NCBI RefSeq assembly: GCF_027921745.1
Contig: NC_079239.1
Span: 806,001-870,000 of the forward strand
DNA from: Schizosaccharomyces osmophilus
Taxonomy: Eukaryota
Reading direction: 5' to 3'
Length of the DNA stretch: 64,000 nt
Below are positions 1 through 11,900 of this stretch, piece by piece. How positions within the stretch are numbered: the stretch's first letter is position 1; every line of letters begins with the position of its first letter. A program made the position numbers and the translations under genes. The notes under the pieces were generated by a model, which saw nothing but the letters and a program-made list of their open reading frames with translations, was not told where the DNA came from and did no database searches.

Positions 1-759
1 ATTGTTTTGAAACCATTGGAAAGGACCTTCTAAAGACACTGACTCTGGAGCTGGCACGCTGTTCGACAGAATAGAGGCTTCCTCAAGTAAAGCGGGTGAG
101 GAATCCAAAATACTTTGAGAATACAAAGGAGTTGTATGAATTGTACTTACAGCAAGATTGCCATTGATGGCTTGTCGCAATTGAAAAAAAGGTTGACGTT
201 TCGACTCCATGGAAGTTTGGACAGAGTTCACTAAAACCTTCTTCAGCAGCTCGCATAATTCTGCCGGTTCCCTTAAAGCTTCTACAGGGAAAAGACCATG
301 GTACTTTTCGTACTTTGGAGATGCAAACCTTATTGCCACTTGTTGCAAAGGAATCTCTTGATCTTCTCCTTCTAACAAGTCAGCTAAAGCTTTTTCAATT
401 TTCTGGGTATGCGAATTAGTTTCAGAAGTTTTTGTCATATAGGGATTTGATGCAACTTCAGATAGCAAAGGCTCGTCAGTACCCTCTTTGTAAAAAACAT
501 TCAATACTTCTGAAGTAGTCTTCTGATTCTGTTCTACTGTATCTTCTTCTTGAACACGGTGTTCAGCATGATCAGACGGCCAAGCTGTCGTATTCTCAGC
601 TTTGAGTTTTTTTGCCCATGGTTCCCCTTGCTCCGAATAGTTCCCATCTACTAAATGCTCTCTTTTCGGTACATTTTTTTCGGGAAAGTAGAGTAAATAA
701 TTCAAATGCTCTTCTAATTCATTTCCTGCAGAAATGGTAGAATCCGGCTCAAACGCCAT
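1..759 (-). CDS. Partial uncharacterised protein running off the window start; positional equivalent of the S. pombe lineage-specific gene SPAC29E6.09
   Basis: Manual translation from ATG at 759 gives 253 stop-free codons to position 1 (MAFEPDSTISAGNELEEHLNYLLYFPEKNVPKREHL...). No domain recognised. Confidence 0.7.
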   Translation of the reverse strand, partial: MAFEPDSTISAGNELEEHLNYLLYFPEKNVPKREHLVDGNYSEQGEPWAKKLKAENTTAWPSDHAEHRVQEEDTVEQNQKTTSEVLNVFYKEGTDEPLLSEVASNPYMTKTSETNSHTQKIEKALADLLEGEDQEIPLQQVAIRFASPKYEKYHGLFPVEALREPAELCELLKKVLVNSVQTSMESKRQPFFQLRQAINGNLAVSTIHTTPLYSQSILDSSPALLEEASILSNSVPAPESVSLEGPFQWFQNN

Positions 760-2262
760 CAAACCTTCAATTTGTAAGAAGTTTATAATTTATCGTAAAA
801 TAATTTTTTTTAGGAGTACTCATCTGTTCATTTAGATAAGCTCCTATAGTGGAGTACTAGAACTTACGACCCAACAAAAATCCCTTTGTATTAAGATTCA
901 CCTAAATGAACCATACCATCGTCGAACGCAAATTGCGTATTGCTTCGTACTCACTATGATATTTTACTTTGGTTTTTCGTCACGTCTAAATACTCTGTAT
1001 AAATTGGCAAAGTAGAATACAACTGTAATTGTTTTTCAAGTTAGAATACGTGATTTTACCTAAGTTCACTAAATATCGAGAGGGAAATATGTATAGCAAC
1101 TACCTGGTGGACTATGTGAGAATGCTGTCAAAACATATATATTAGCTCTTCCAGCAAAATATTCCTAACTGAAGGTTTTGTCTGGGAGTAGCAGGTGCTT
1201 ATATAGTAATAATAAATGACAATTAAAAGAACAATTACTCTAAAAATAGGTTTCCAACTTGCGATATTCCAGTAAAAAAAATCTATTGCTTTTTATCTTT
1301 ATGTTGACTTGTCTAATAATATACTGTTTATTAGTATATTATGCAGTGGCTTAAAGTAATATTTAGAGGCTTCTCTTAACATTTCTACGCTTGAACTGTA
1401 GCTATACAAGTTCTCTAAGATTGATAATTGCTACTGCTACATAGACATACTCCTCATTTTTTCAATAATTGTATTAATTATTCACTATTTCCTTTTTTAT
1501 ATTTCATTAGTTAACTATTATTTACTATTACAAGAATCATGAATAGGAACTATACAAAGCAACAAGCAGAACAATACTTGTAGCTAAATGTCTGTTAAGT
1601 TAAATCAAGTTGCATAGACAATTGGCAATAACCCTGAAGAACTTGCCTCCTGCTGAAACCCCTGTGTGTATTAAACCCGAGCTTGGAAGCATAGTCTCAA
1701 ATACCATAATGTCCTTCGCCCTTGACTTGTTCAATTTAAGTAAATTCATAGAGAACCCACAAAGATCCGTTCGCCTTTAAGGCAGAAATGTGTACACTTG
1801 CGTATCATAATCATCATCAAAACGCAGCTAATCGCTAGGTGCTGCCAAAAATGTTTAAAATTTAACAATGTCATCGGTAAGATGTTTTTTTTTTGGGGAA
1901 ATATAAGGTCTCTTAAAAAACCTATCCCTTCTTTCTTGTATACAAGAGTCTGGAAAAACGGCGTTTACTCATCCACCGAAAAAAGACCAAGAGATAACTC
2001 TAGCGGCATTTTCAATAACTATCTCGCAAAGATCACCAGGACGCGGATAGCTTCTGGAAAACATATTGCTATAAATCGCAATAGACAGTCATTTCACATT
2101 GACGTAAACGACTGGCGGCATGCAATTTTCAGTCTTTTTTTTTATTGCCGTGCACGAACCCACAAATACTTCATTAAAACCAATAAAATCAACATCGAGT
2201 TGTTCCAAAGGATGGATTTCTGGCAACACTTTTCTCCAAATAATAAATAGTCTTCATCGGTC

Positions 2263-3274
2263 TTAGTGCTTGCGGAATTCCGATAATACAGGGTAGATAG
2301 CTTCAAAAGCTTGGTAAATTTCCTCTCGTACCTTGGCACCCGTTAAGACGATTTTACCGGATACGAAAATCAGTAAAACCACTTTGGGCTTAACCATACG
2401 ATAAATCAGACCAGGAAACAATTCAGGCTCATACTATTTGCAACTGTTAGTACCGTTTGCTTGAAAATGCACAAATAATCACTACATACAGATGAGAAAG
2501 TTCCGTGAGAATATGCCAAGCCTTCTAAACGGATTGGAAACTTCACATCACAACTGCCAACAATATTTTGAATCTTAAAGTCGGTAAATTTGGCGTTGAA
2601 CCCGAGCTTTTGAATGATACGAGCGTATTTCCGAGATGCCAATTTAGAGTCATCTTCGGATTTACCACCTAAAACAACCATTTTACCTGAAGCAAAGATC
2701 AAAGCAGTCGACTTGGGCTCACGAATACGCATAATAACAGCTGCGAAACGCTTAGGATTATATTCTGCATTACGTGCATGAAGGGCAATAGTTTTGAGAT
2801 CAAGACGACAGCTATAGGAAAATATTAGTAAATCATAATTAGATTGTCTATCAAAACGCTCAATGGAACTGTTGTAACAATGACCCACCGTCGTCATCAG
2901 TCATCGTCACAGAAAAAGAATTCACAAGACTCCCTCTACTTATCAATTGCCATATGATTTTTATGTCCATCGGCTTTTGAAATCAGAGGAAATCTCTAAA
3001 AAACAATATCTGCGACTATGAGACCAACAGTGGACCAGTTCCCTATGCAGAAAGGCACGACTTACTCTAAGTTAACAGTAGCAACAATGTTCTGAAGGGT
3101 TGGAACAATTCCAGAAACACCTTCAGTCTTCGCTACTTCTGCCTCACCGGAATCTGCCGTGTCATCAACCGTCTCGTTGTTATTATTATTAGCTGGTAAA
3201 ACAGGGAACGCTAAAGAAGAATTGTTCATAAAAGCACTCGCTTGGGAGGCCGTGGTGGGTAAAGCAAAATCCAT
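2263..3274 (-). CDS. tbp1: TATA-binding protein, 3 exons (3274-3066, 2811-2490, 2433-2263)
   Basis: [11 protein letters not shown]...[37 protein letters not shown]...[17 protein letters not shown]...EFRKH*. GTAAGT..TAG and GTATGT..TAG introns join the frames. Confidence 0.98.
2842..3037 (-). ncRNA. Candidate intronic box H/ACA snoRNA in tbp1 intron 1
   Basis: Hairpin (GTCCA..TGGAC), then ANANNA box ATAAAA (2964-2959), then a branched hairpin, then ACA (2847-2845) just upstream of the branch point. Folded by eye only. Confidence 0.6.
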
Positions 3275-3372
3275 TTTCTGCGCACAAAATTGATCTAACA
3301 ATCTATAATATTACTCACTGGTTTGCGTTATCCCACCCTACTGGAAACCCTAACGGTAAGGGGAGGCCGTCC

Positions 3373-3407
3373 TATTTATATAAAACGGATTCTCCAGGGT
3401 TAGGGTT
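3373..3407 (-). promoter_or_regulatory. tbp1 promoter: TATA box plus AACCCTAACCCT box
   Basis: TATATAAATA about 100 bp upstream of the ATG. AGGGTTAGGGTT at 3396-3407 on the + strand. Confidence 0.6.
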
Positions 3408-4171
3408 TCTGGTATGTAACAATCTACTTCAGAGTGGCAGATAGGTATATAAAATTTGCGAATAAAAATTAAGCACTCGTTTCTATACATTCTTTTCTTT
3501 GTGTTTGTGTATTTTAAGATGTAGAGTTTAAGTTTGCTATATAACGTCCATTTTCTAGGGGTTTTCAAAAAGAAATGCAGGAGATACGAAGTAAATTTTG
3601 AATATGAACCCGTTTGATTAAGTTCCACGAATTTTAGGACGTGCTTCCTTTCAAAATGCTCATTTTTTTTCGGTGTTGTTGGTTGCTGGCGGCTTGCATG
3701 ACACCGCGGCCTGCAGCTCTCTTTACGGAGGAAAGGAAGGATTATGTAATGGCCGCTTGAACAGTCCTAATGTATTTGCCATAGACGTCGCTATGTGTTT
3801 TACCGTTGTTGTTCTACAGTACGGTATGCTGGGTGAAGACGATGATGGTAGCAGTTCAAGACTGGTGGAAGGAAACCAATTTAATATGTAGGTTTGTAGT
3901 GGTCCGTTGAGTCCAGTGGAAAGGATTGAAGTGAATTTTACACCTTTTTTCAAAGTAGGTATAAACACTCTGTAAAACCGTTGATTGCTAATGTGAATGC
4001 TTTAATACAAGACTTGACGATGATTTCATAGAGACTGTGGTAAGTGGTAAAAGCATATAGGAGGGAAAACGATGTATAATCAATAACTAAACGAACAATC
4101 ACCCGCTAAGTTGTTCTCGTTTTCGATTTTGGTCAAAGGCAATTAGGTTCTCCCATTTTATTTTTTGGTTA

Positions 4172-4188
4172 TTTGTTTATTTGTTTAC
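4172..4188 (-). promoter_or_regulatory. Tandem forkhead/FLEX-like motif
   Basis: GTAAACAAATAAACAAA on the - strand matches the GTAAAYA core. Confidence 0.45.
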
Positions 4189-4478
4189 CAGCGTTACCGA
4201 CAACACAAGCTCCTTGAAACTCGTAGAAGCATATTCACAACTCGGAATAGAACTTTTCTTTTATAAGCATATAAGCATAGAAAAAACATATATGCTTTAT
4301 TGATGGTGAGTGCGACCTTGGATATAGTTTGCTAACTCCACTAACTTTGCAACTCAGGCTAGTCAACATTTTTTCCAAAACGTTTTGCAAAAACGTAACA
4401 GTGATCGGCGTCAAGTTACTTCGGGGTGTTTCCTTTCGAAATTCTATCAGAACGCGTTGTTTTTACTCAAAACCATTC

Positions 4479-6755
4479 ATGTCCTCTGAAAAATCGCAAC
4501 TGTCACCATGGTTTGCTCCTACTGGACATAACACGGAGTTGAATGTTTTTAACACCATCACCCATTCCAAGGTCCCTTTTAAGACCAATGGATCTATGGT
4601 CACTTGGTATTGCTGTGGTCCAACCGTATACGATGCTAGTCATATGGGGCATGCCCGTAATTATGTGACCACCGACATTTTGCGAAGAATTTTACAGTCT
4701 TATTTTGGTTACAACGTTACTTTTGTTCAAAATGTAACTGATATTGATGACAAAATCATTCTTCGGGCCCGTCATCAATATCTTTTTGAGCAATACAAAA
4801 AGCAAAACGAGCACAACTATGCTTCCTCAGATGTTAAAGCTAAAGTTGCAGACGCATGGCTAACTTATGCAAAGAAGAATCTCCCCGAGCCTCCTCTATC
4901 CATGGAAGAATGGCCTAAATGGTTGGCTGCAAACGATGTTACCACTTTGGCACTTACAGCTCCCAAGGTTCCCCTTTATATTGACTCTCTCAATCAAGGT
5001 GTAGAGGCAATCAAACTTGCTGAGGAAGCAAATCTCGAAAATGGGGAATATTTTTGGTCTAAGGTTCAAGAGGTGCTTGTCCCTGTCCTTGACTCTGAGC
5101 TTGGAAGTACCGTTACGGATCCTGCTATTTTCCGTAAACTATCCGCTTACTGGGAAAATGATTATAACCAAGATATGCGTGCTTTGAACGTGTTACCACC
5201 TACCACAGTTACTCGCGTTTCAGAGTTTGTCCCTGAAATTGTTGAATATGTTCAAAAAATTATCGACCGTGGTTATGCTTATCCTGTTACTGATGGGAGT
5301 GTTTATTTCGACACTGAAGCCTTCTCTAAAGCTGGTCACTTTTATGCAAAGCTTGAGCCTTGGAACAAGGGAAACCGTGAGTTAATTGCTGAGGGTGAAG
5401 GCTCTCTTGCTGCTTTAACCGGTAAGAAGCGTCCAGGTGATTTTGCCCTTTGGAAGTCTAGTAAACCGGGTGAGCCTTCTTGGGATAGTCCTTGGTCGAA
5501 AGGCCGTCCAGGCTGGCATATCGAGTGCTCTGTAATGGCTAGTGCAGTGCTAGGTTCCAACGTGGATATCCATTCCGGTGGTGTCGATTTAGCTTTTCCG
5601 CACCATGATAATGAATTAGCCCAAAGTGAAGCATACCATGATTGCCCTCAATGGATTAACTACTTTTTGCACACTGGCCATCTTCACATTGAAGGCCAAA
5701 AGATGTCGAAATCGCTTAAGAACTTTATTACTATCAAGGAAATCCTCAAGAAATTCACACCTAGACAACTTCGACTTAGCTTTTTGTTGCAACAATGGAA
5801 CTCTCAACTTGATTTTAAGGATGCTCTTTTGGCTCATGTGTTGAATGTAGAACAAACCTTTGAAAACTTCTTCCAAACCGTCAGAGCTTTGAATATTGAA
5901 GCTCAAGGTGTTAGCCAACAAGGAGGTCACGTTAGAGAAAAATATGGAGAACTCGAAATGCAACTCTTGAACGATTTGCAAACCGCTCAGCGCAATGCTC
6001 ATTCTGCTTTGTGTGATAACTTTAATACTCCTTTGGTTATGTTCCATATTGATAGTTTAGTTGGAAAATCTAACATCTATATCCGAGAGGTTGGGCAAAA
6101 GCCCTGCACTCGCTTACTTACCGAAGTTGCCATGTGGATTACCAAAATACTGCAAATCTTCGGTTTGGATGATGAAGGCCATCCCAATGCCATCGGATGG
6201 TCCTCCAAATCCTCTGCTTCTGCTTCCGGTTCCAACGATACTATGCCATATCTACGAGCAGTTTCTACTTTCCGTGATCGAATTCGCGAACTTTCCATAG
6301 CCAAGGCTCCTATTCAAGAGATTTTACAAGCTTGCGATGTCTTTAGAGACTATGACATGGCTGAGCTTGGTGTTAGCTTGAATGATCGCCAGCAAGGACC
6401 AGCCTTGATTAAGCTTGGAGACCCTCAAGAATTGATTCAAGCACGCGACCAGAAAATTGCTGAAGAACAAGAAAAGGAAGCAAAGAAATTGAAGGCGAAA
6501 GCCGACCAAGATAAGAAATATGTTGAGCGCATTATGAAAGGCAAAGTATCTCCTTCAGAAATGTTCAAATTATTTGAGGAATTTTTGTCGTTTGACGAAA
6601 GTGGCTTCCCTACAAAAGTCCGTGCAGAAGACGGTTCTGAAGCTGAAGTACCTAAGAGCCGGAAGAAGAAGTTACAAAAAGAATACAGCGCCCAAGAGAA
6701 ACTGCATAAAGAGTACTTGGCCTACATAGAAAAAAACCAGCAAGGTAAAAGTTAA
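4479..6755 (+). CDS. crs1: Cysteinyl-tRNA synthetase (first in-frame ATG at 4479; frame open upstream to 4329)
   Basis: [18 protein letters not shown] (HIGH-like), [28 protein letters not shown]. Confidence 0.97.
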   Translation: MSSEKSQLSPWFAPTGHNTELNVFNTITHSKVPFKTNGSMVTWYCCGPTVYDASHMGHARNYVTTDILRRILQSYFGYNVTFVQNVTDIDDKIILRARHQYLFEQYKKQNEHNYASSDVKAKVADAWLTYAKKNLPEPPLSMEEWPKWLAANDVTTLALTAPKVPLYIDSLNQGVEAIKLAEEANLENGEYFWSKVQEVLVPVLDSELGSTVTDPAIFRKLSAYWENDYNQDMRALNVLPPTTVTRVSEFVPEIVEYVQKIIDRGYAYPVTDGSVYFDTEAFSKAGHFYAKLEPWNKGNRELIAEGEGSLAALTGKKRPGDFALWKSSKPGEPSWDSPWSKGRPGWHIECSVMASAVLGSNVDIHSGGVDLAFPHHDNELAQSEAYHDCPQWINYFLHTGHLHIEGQKMSKSLKNFITIKEILKKFTPRQLRLSFLLQQWNSQLDFKDALLAHVLNVEQTFENFFQTVRALNIEAQGVSQQGGHVREKYGELEMQLLNDLQTAQRNAHSALCDNFNTPLVMFHIDSLVGKSNIYIREVGQKPCTRLLTEVAMWITKILQIFGLDDEGHPNAIGWSSKSSASASGSNDTMPYLRAVSTFRDRIRELSIAKAPIQEILQACDVFRDYDMAELGVSLNDRQQGPALIKLGDPQELIQARDQKIAEEQEKEAKKLKAKADQDKKYVERIMKGKVSPSEMFKLFEEFLSFDESGFPTKVRAEDGSEAEVPKSRKKKLQKEYSAQEKLHKEYLAYIEKNQQGKS

Positions 6756-7099
6756 TCATTCTTTAATATTTATTCAGTTTCAACTTTTGGTGTGGTGAAA
6801 GATTTCGGTTTTTTGTATATCTTGTATATTAGCATCAAGACTAACCTTAGTTATACCTAGCCCAGGCTAATTTTATACTGTTTCTATAATTTTCATAAAT
6901 AGACTATAAATTCTTCTTATAAGATTAGAGTGAATTGCCTTTCTTTACATAGTACGATAATAAATTCATCATCACACTTAACAGTAATTGGCGCGTTGCC
7001 AACATACACTTCCACCCTTCTACTACTCAAAAACTTCCTTACTTCAGCATATTTATATACATATTTTAAAAAGCAAGGAATAACAGGTTTAAAATAAAA

Positions 7100-7666
7100 A
7101 TGAAAACCGCAATTTTTGCCGCAGGATGCTTTTGGGGTGTTCAAGAAGTCTTTTTGAGAAAGTATGTCCCTGCAGCCGCCATTTTGAAGACTTCAGTAGG
7201 ATATATTGGAGGCATGACTGATAATCCTACATATAAACAAGTTTGCACTAATAGTACTGGCCATGCTGAAGCACTCAAGGTCGATTTTGACGAGAAATTA
7301 ACCTCTTACGAGAAAATAGTCGAGTTTTTCTTTGCCATGCACGATCCAACAACAGTAGATAGACAAGGTAACGATGTTGGAACTCAATATCGCTCTGTTA
7401 TATTTACTACTGCTCCTGAACAAGAAGGCATTGCAAAGAAAGTCTTGAATGAGGTGCAAGAAAAGCATTTCCATGAAAAGAAAATCGTAACCCAAATTGT
7501 TCCTTCGGGTCAATGGTGGGATGCTGAAGATTATCATCAGCAATACCTCGACAAGAACCCTGAAGGATATCGTTGTAGTTCTCGTAAGTTTGCTAGATCT
7601 TTTATGTGGAGGACATCCATACTAACACGTTATCTAGACTTCCTTCGCTGGAACCCATTCGCTTAA
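7100..7666 (+). CDS. mxr1: Peptide methionine sulfoxide reductase MsrA; intron 7584-7637
   Basis: GCFWG active site, GTQYRS, AEDYHQQYL. GTAAGT..CTAAC..TAG intron gives C-terminus CSSHFLRWNPFA. Confidence 0.95.
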   Translation: MKTAIFAAGCFWGVQEVFLRKYVPAAAILKTSVGYIGGMTDNPTYKQVCTNSTGHAEALKVDFDEKLTSYEKIVEFFFAMHDPTTVDRQGNDVGTQYRSVIFTTAPEQEGIAKKVLNEVQEKHFHEKKIVTQIVPSGQWWDAEDYHQQYLDKNPEGYRCSSRKFARSFMWRTSILTRYLDFLRWNPFA

Positions 7667-7829
7667 ATTTAATGAAAACGGATACCTATTGTATTTAGGA
7701 CATTATAGTCATTGCAATGAGAACGAATTTGAATGCTTCGTGAACAAGATTAAAGCCGTTAGAAGGATTGTAAAATAAAGTAATGTGGGTAGGTTCAGAA
7801 GAGACAAGTAGATGTCTACTCTTTCAGGT

Positions 7830-8520
7830 TCAAGTAGTAGCTTTTTCATCTCCCGGTTGCGACTCCTCTTGTTTATGAATAAACGATAACAGCGACTCTA
7901 AATTAGTGAGCACATTATGTGAGATTCCTCTCTCATCCATGTTTTTTACCGTAGTTTCCAATTGCAGAAGAATCTGCTGAGCTTCATGCATATATTCTTG
8001 TGTTTTACCCTCATCCTCTTCAATTTTCTGTGACAGACTCTGATTTTCAAGCTCCAAGTCTTCAATATCTTCCTTTAATTTATTTTTAAGGTTCTCTTTG
8101 TGCGTATACAGATGAGCCTTAAGGATTTCTTGGGGTTGCTTGCTTTCTATACTGTAAAAGATTAGAAGTGCTATTCATTTAGGAGGTTCTTACTCAATTG
8201 GTGGCTCTCCGGACTCTTTTCGATCCATAGCCTCCTTGATACATTGATCCAGGAAGTCAAGTTTTTGATGCAGCCCTCGTTCCTCAATCAATTTGGCATA
8301 TTCTTGCTACGTTGAGTGTCAGTAACTTTTCTTCAAAATCTAGTAAACATACCTTACACGTATCCTCAAAGAAGCTGATAAGTTGCTGATGCATTGCTGC
8401 AATTGCTTTACCTTTTTTGAATGTTGGAAAACATTGTGCAAACTTTTCCAAAGGGATATGTGCAACTGTTTCCGACAAAGTACGCCGCAAAGATGCGTCC
8501 AGTTGCTCCTTTCTAGTCAT
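7830..8520 (-). CDS. nnf1: Mis12/MIND kinetochore subunit Nnf1, 3 exons
   Basis: Spliced reading MTRKEQLDASL...FAQCFP...QEYAKLIEERGLHQKLDFLDQCI followed by coiled coil; canonical introns; synteny. Confidence 0.85.
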
Positions 8521-8963
8521 ATATACCCAAAAATCAGTGGATCACTATACACAGACGACGCGTATGCAAAGTAAATACTGACTGCCCAAAGGTGATATTA
8601 TATGAAAAACGTAGCCCTTATTTTAAGGTATTGAAGTAATGAATGTAGTATATCTCTGTTCCTTTAGAAATTTCCACGATGTTTTTATTATATAGGTTAC
8701 CCAGATGCATGGATTCGGTTTGGCGTTAAATTATTTTAATTATATATAAGAAACAAAAAAAAAGGATAGAATTCCACAAAGAATGAGAGATACGTTGGAT
8801 TCTTTCTCTAAGCCTTTGGAAAGGCAGTTTGTTTACAGCCTTGAGTTAGTTCAATCTTGCTCCTGCCTATTACTACTTACTGAACTTGCCTTTTGGACCT
8901 CGATAAAAAGATCAGAAAATAATAAAAATAGGCAAAATATAGAACACTCATTAATTTTTTTTC

Positions 8964-11900
8964 ATGGACATTCTTCAAAAAGGTTACAATGTGATATTGG
9001 CACCTCCGAAAGTTCAACAGGCAGATGGAGCAATTTCGACTCTTTGCGATCGACTTGAACATGCGACTCTCTTTGAAGATAGAAAAGCTGCTGCTCTAGG
9101 AATTAAAAGCTTCGCCCGGGAATTTAAAGAAGTAAGCTATTGATACTTACATACACATAAGACAGTACTAACATGCTTTTGCTCTAGTTGGTCGCCGCCC
9201 ACGGGCTTAAAGGGATTATCCGATCTTTACACCGTGATTCAGAAGATCCAGAGTTATTGAGGGTGGCTTTGGAAACCTGTTTGGTGCTGACAAAATCTTC
9301 AGATGAAAAACCTTCGTCGGACACAGCTTTATGGGTCTCTGATCAGTTTGTCTTAAATCATGATAACATTCATTGTCTTTTAAATAGTGTTTTACATGAT
9401 GATTTTTACGTCCAGTTGTATTCCATTGAACTTTTTTCATCCATATTGGCCTGTAGACCTGCTGAGTTGAAGGATTGCATTCAAAGCTTCCCTTCAGCAA
9501 TCTCAAATATAATGACTCCATTAAGAGATACTAGAGAGCCGATCCGAAATGCTGCTCTGTATTTTTTGAAAGATTTGACCATGGATTGTGCCAGCCTACA
9601 GAAACTTGTTGTTTTTGAGAACGCGTTCGACTCTATATTATCTATTTTGGATAGTGAGGGTGGAATTGACGGTGGATTAATTTCTTCCGATGCACTTGTC
9701 TTTTTAGACACTCTTCTGAAAGACAATATCACCAACCAACACTTTTTTCGAGAATCCAATCAATTACCCAGTTTTATTCGCCTAATAGACCCTGATACAA
9801 TTATAGATGCACAGTGGGATTCTCTTCGTATTCGTTGTATCAATCTCGTTCTACATGTTTTACAGTCTTTGACGCCTATTGGTCTTTCATCAGGAAAAGC
9901 AAATCAAAATGCCATTATGAAAAGCAATTCTTATAACTTTCTCCTACAGTTGGCAACGAATGAGGATTTGCTACATTTGGATATCCCAAAAATCGCCTGG
10001 ATCACCCTTGCTCATTTAGTTTACGCAAATAACGACTGCCAGGAAACTTTAGTCAAAAGCTCTTATTTCGTCAACCGAGAAACAGATGTTTTGTCTTCTT
10101 TCATAAACCAGGTTTTTCTTCCTTCAATTTCTCCTTCGCATCGTTATTCTGTTGTTTTCCTTCTAAAGGCTTTGGTTGAATCAAACGACCACTTGGCTGA
10201 GGCCTTCCTGCAAAAGATTATAGATATATATCGAGGTAAAGAGACGTCAAAACTGAACTTATTGGACCGGTATCTTGACATATCCATACTTGCCGACACC
10301 GAGCAATACAGTCATTGGTTGATTAGCGTTATTTTAAGCTCTTTGGTAGCAGGCAGCGATGAGAGGAAGTTGCACTTATGCACAATACCACTTTATCAAG
10401 AAATTGCTGCGGATGAAGAAGACGAAGAAGAAGTTACTTTTATTCAATGTATTTCCACCAAGCTTATTGCAACATTACGGCATGATCATGCCCTTCATAA
10501 TTGTGTTGGATATCTGACCTTACTTATCACTTTGGTTGATAACAATGCTCACTGTGTAAAAGATTTCCTGTCTGAAAGCAGTATACTACAGACCTTATTG
10601 ACGACTTTAATGGACGAATCTTCTACAGCAAGTTCCATAATTCAGGGCATGATAGCCGTTTTATTGGCACTTGTTTACCATTATTGTCCTCTTGACTCTT
10701 CTGTGCCAAAATCTAGTGTTTACAGAGCAATCAATTCAGCGGTTACTCGTGATGTCTTTTTGAACCGCCTTCATAGACTACGCCAGCATGAACAGGTTCG
10801 CAGTCATATCCCATTGAACGAAATTACTGATGGTGACCTCAATACGTTACTCTTCGACACAATGTTCATTGATTTCTTTAAAGATAATTTTTATCGCTTA
10901 ACGCATTCCATTGATGATGCTTCCGACGCTTACAATACAGAAGCTGATGGAGTTAACACTCTACATGCTTATGAACAAGCTCAACAAAAGCTAATTACTC
11001 TAGAAAAAGAACTGGCAGAAACTAAAAACCTATTGAGTTCCATTTCAAGCGATAAAGAGGAAGAGGTGCGAGGCTATAAAAATGAGTTAGAAGAAAAACA
11101 AAAAGTAATTAATGAGCTTCAAGTACTTACAGACGAGTATCGTCAAGAATTGAGCTTTCTTCGACAAAGTTTATACGATATCAAAATTGAGTTAGATTAC
11201 TCCAAGTCCAATGCTAGCAGTATGGAACAGGAAATGAAAGTGCTTCGTGAAGGTCACGATATGGAAATCAATGATTTTACCGAAGAAAATGAGAGACTTC
11301 GGAAGCTTTTGGAGTCTATCAAAGATCAATTTAAGGTGATTAGTGTCAAAAATAAAGACCTGTATACAACAATACAGGACTTAGAGAAGGCTAATAACGA
11401 ATATAAATCATTGAAATCTGAAAATTCCTCATTACAGAAGAAAGTTAATGACCTCACAGAGAAATTACAGGGATTAAACAAGACTATGACTTCTATGAAA
11501 AGCTCTTTGAACGAATCTCATAGCTTAGAGAAATCCTTGACCCAGCAGATACAAAAGAAGGACGATCTTTTATCTAAACATAATGATGAAAAAAGTGGAT
11601 ACGAGAACCGAATTAAAGGAATCGAATCCGACATTAATACTTTAAGGAAAGAATTGGAAGAATTACGTGAAAGTAAGGGCTCTTTAATGGAAGAATTAAA
11701 AAACACCGAGAATGTTGTGAAGCAGCAATCCAACGAGCTGAAGCTTGCTAAGCAAAAATACAATTCTTCTCAAGAAAAGTTGAACTCAAACTCACAAAAT
11801 TCGAAAGCAAGTGAAAAGAAAATTTCCTCATTAGAAAGTGAACTTAAGAAAGAAAAAGGCATGGTCAAAAAATTACAAGAGGAACTAGATAGCACTAATT

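Noticed and set aside
1798..2250. 150-aa + strand ORF
   Set aside because: TTG start, no recognisable motif, antisense to the probable tbp1 3' UTR.
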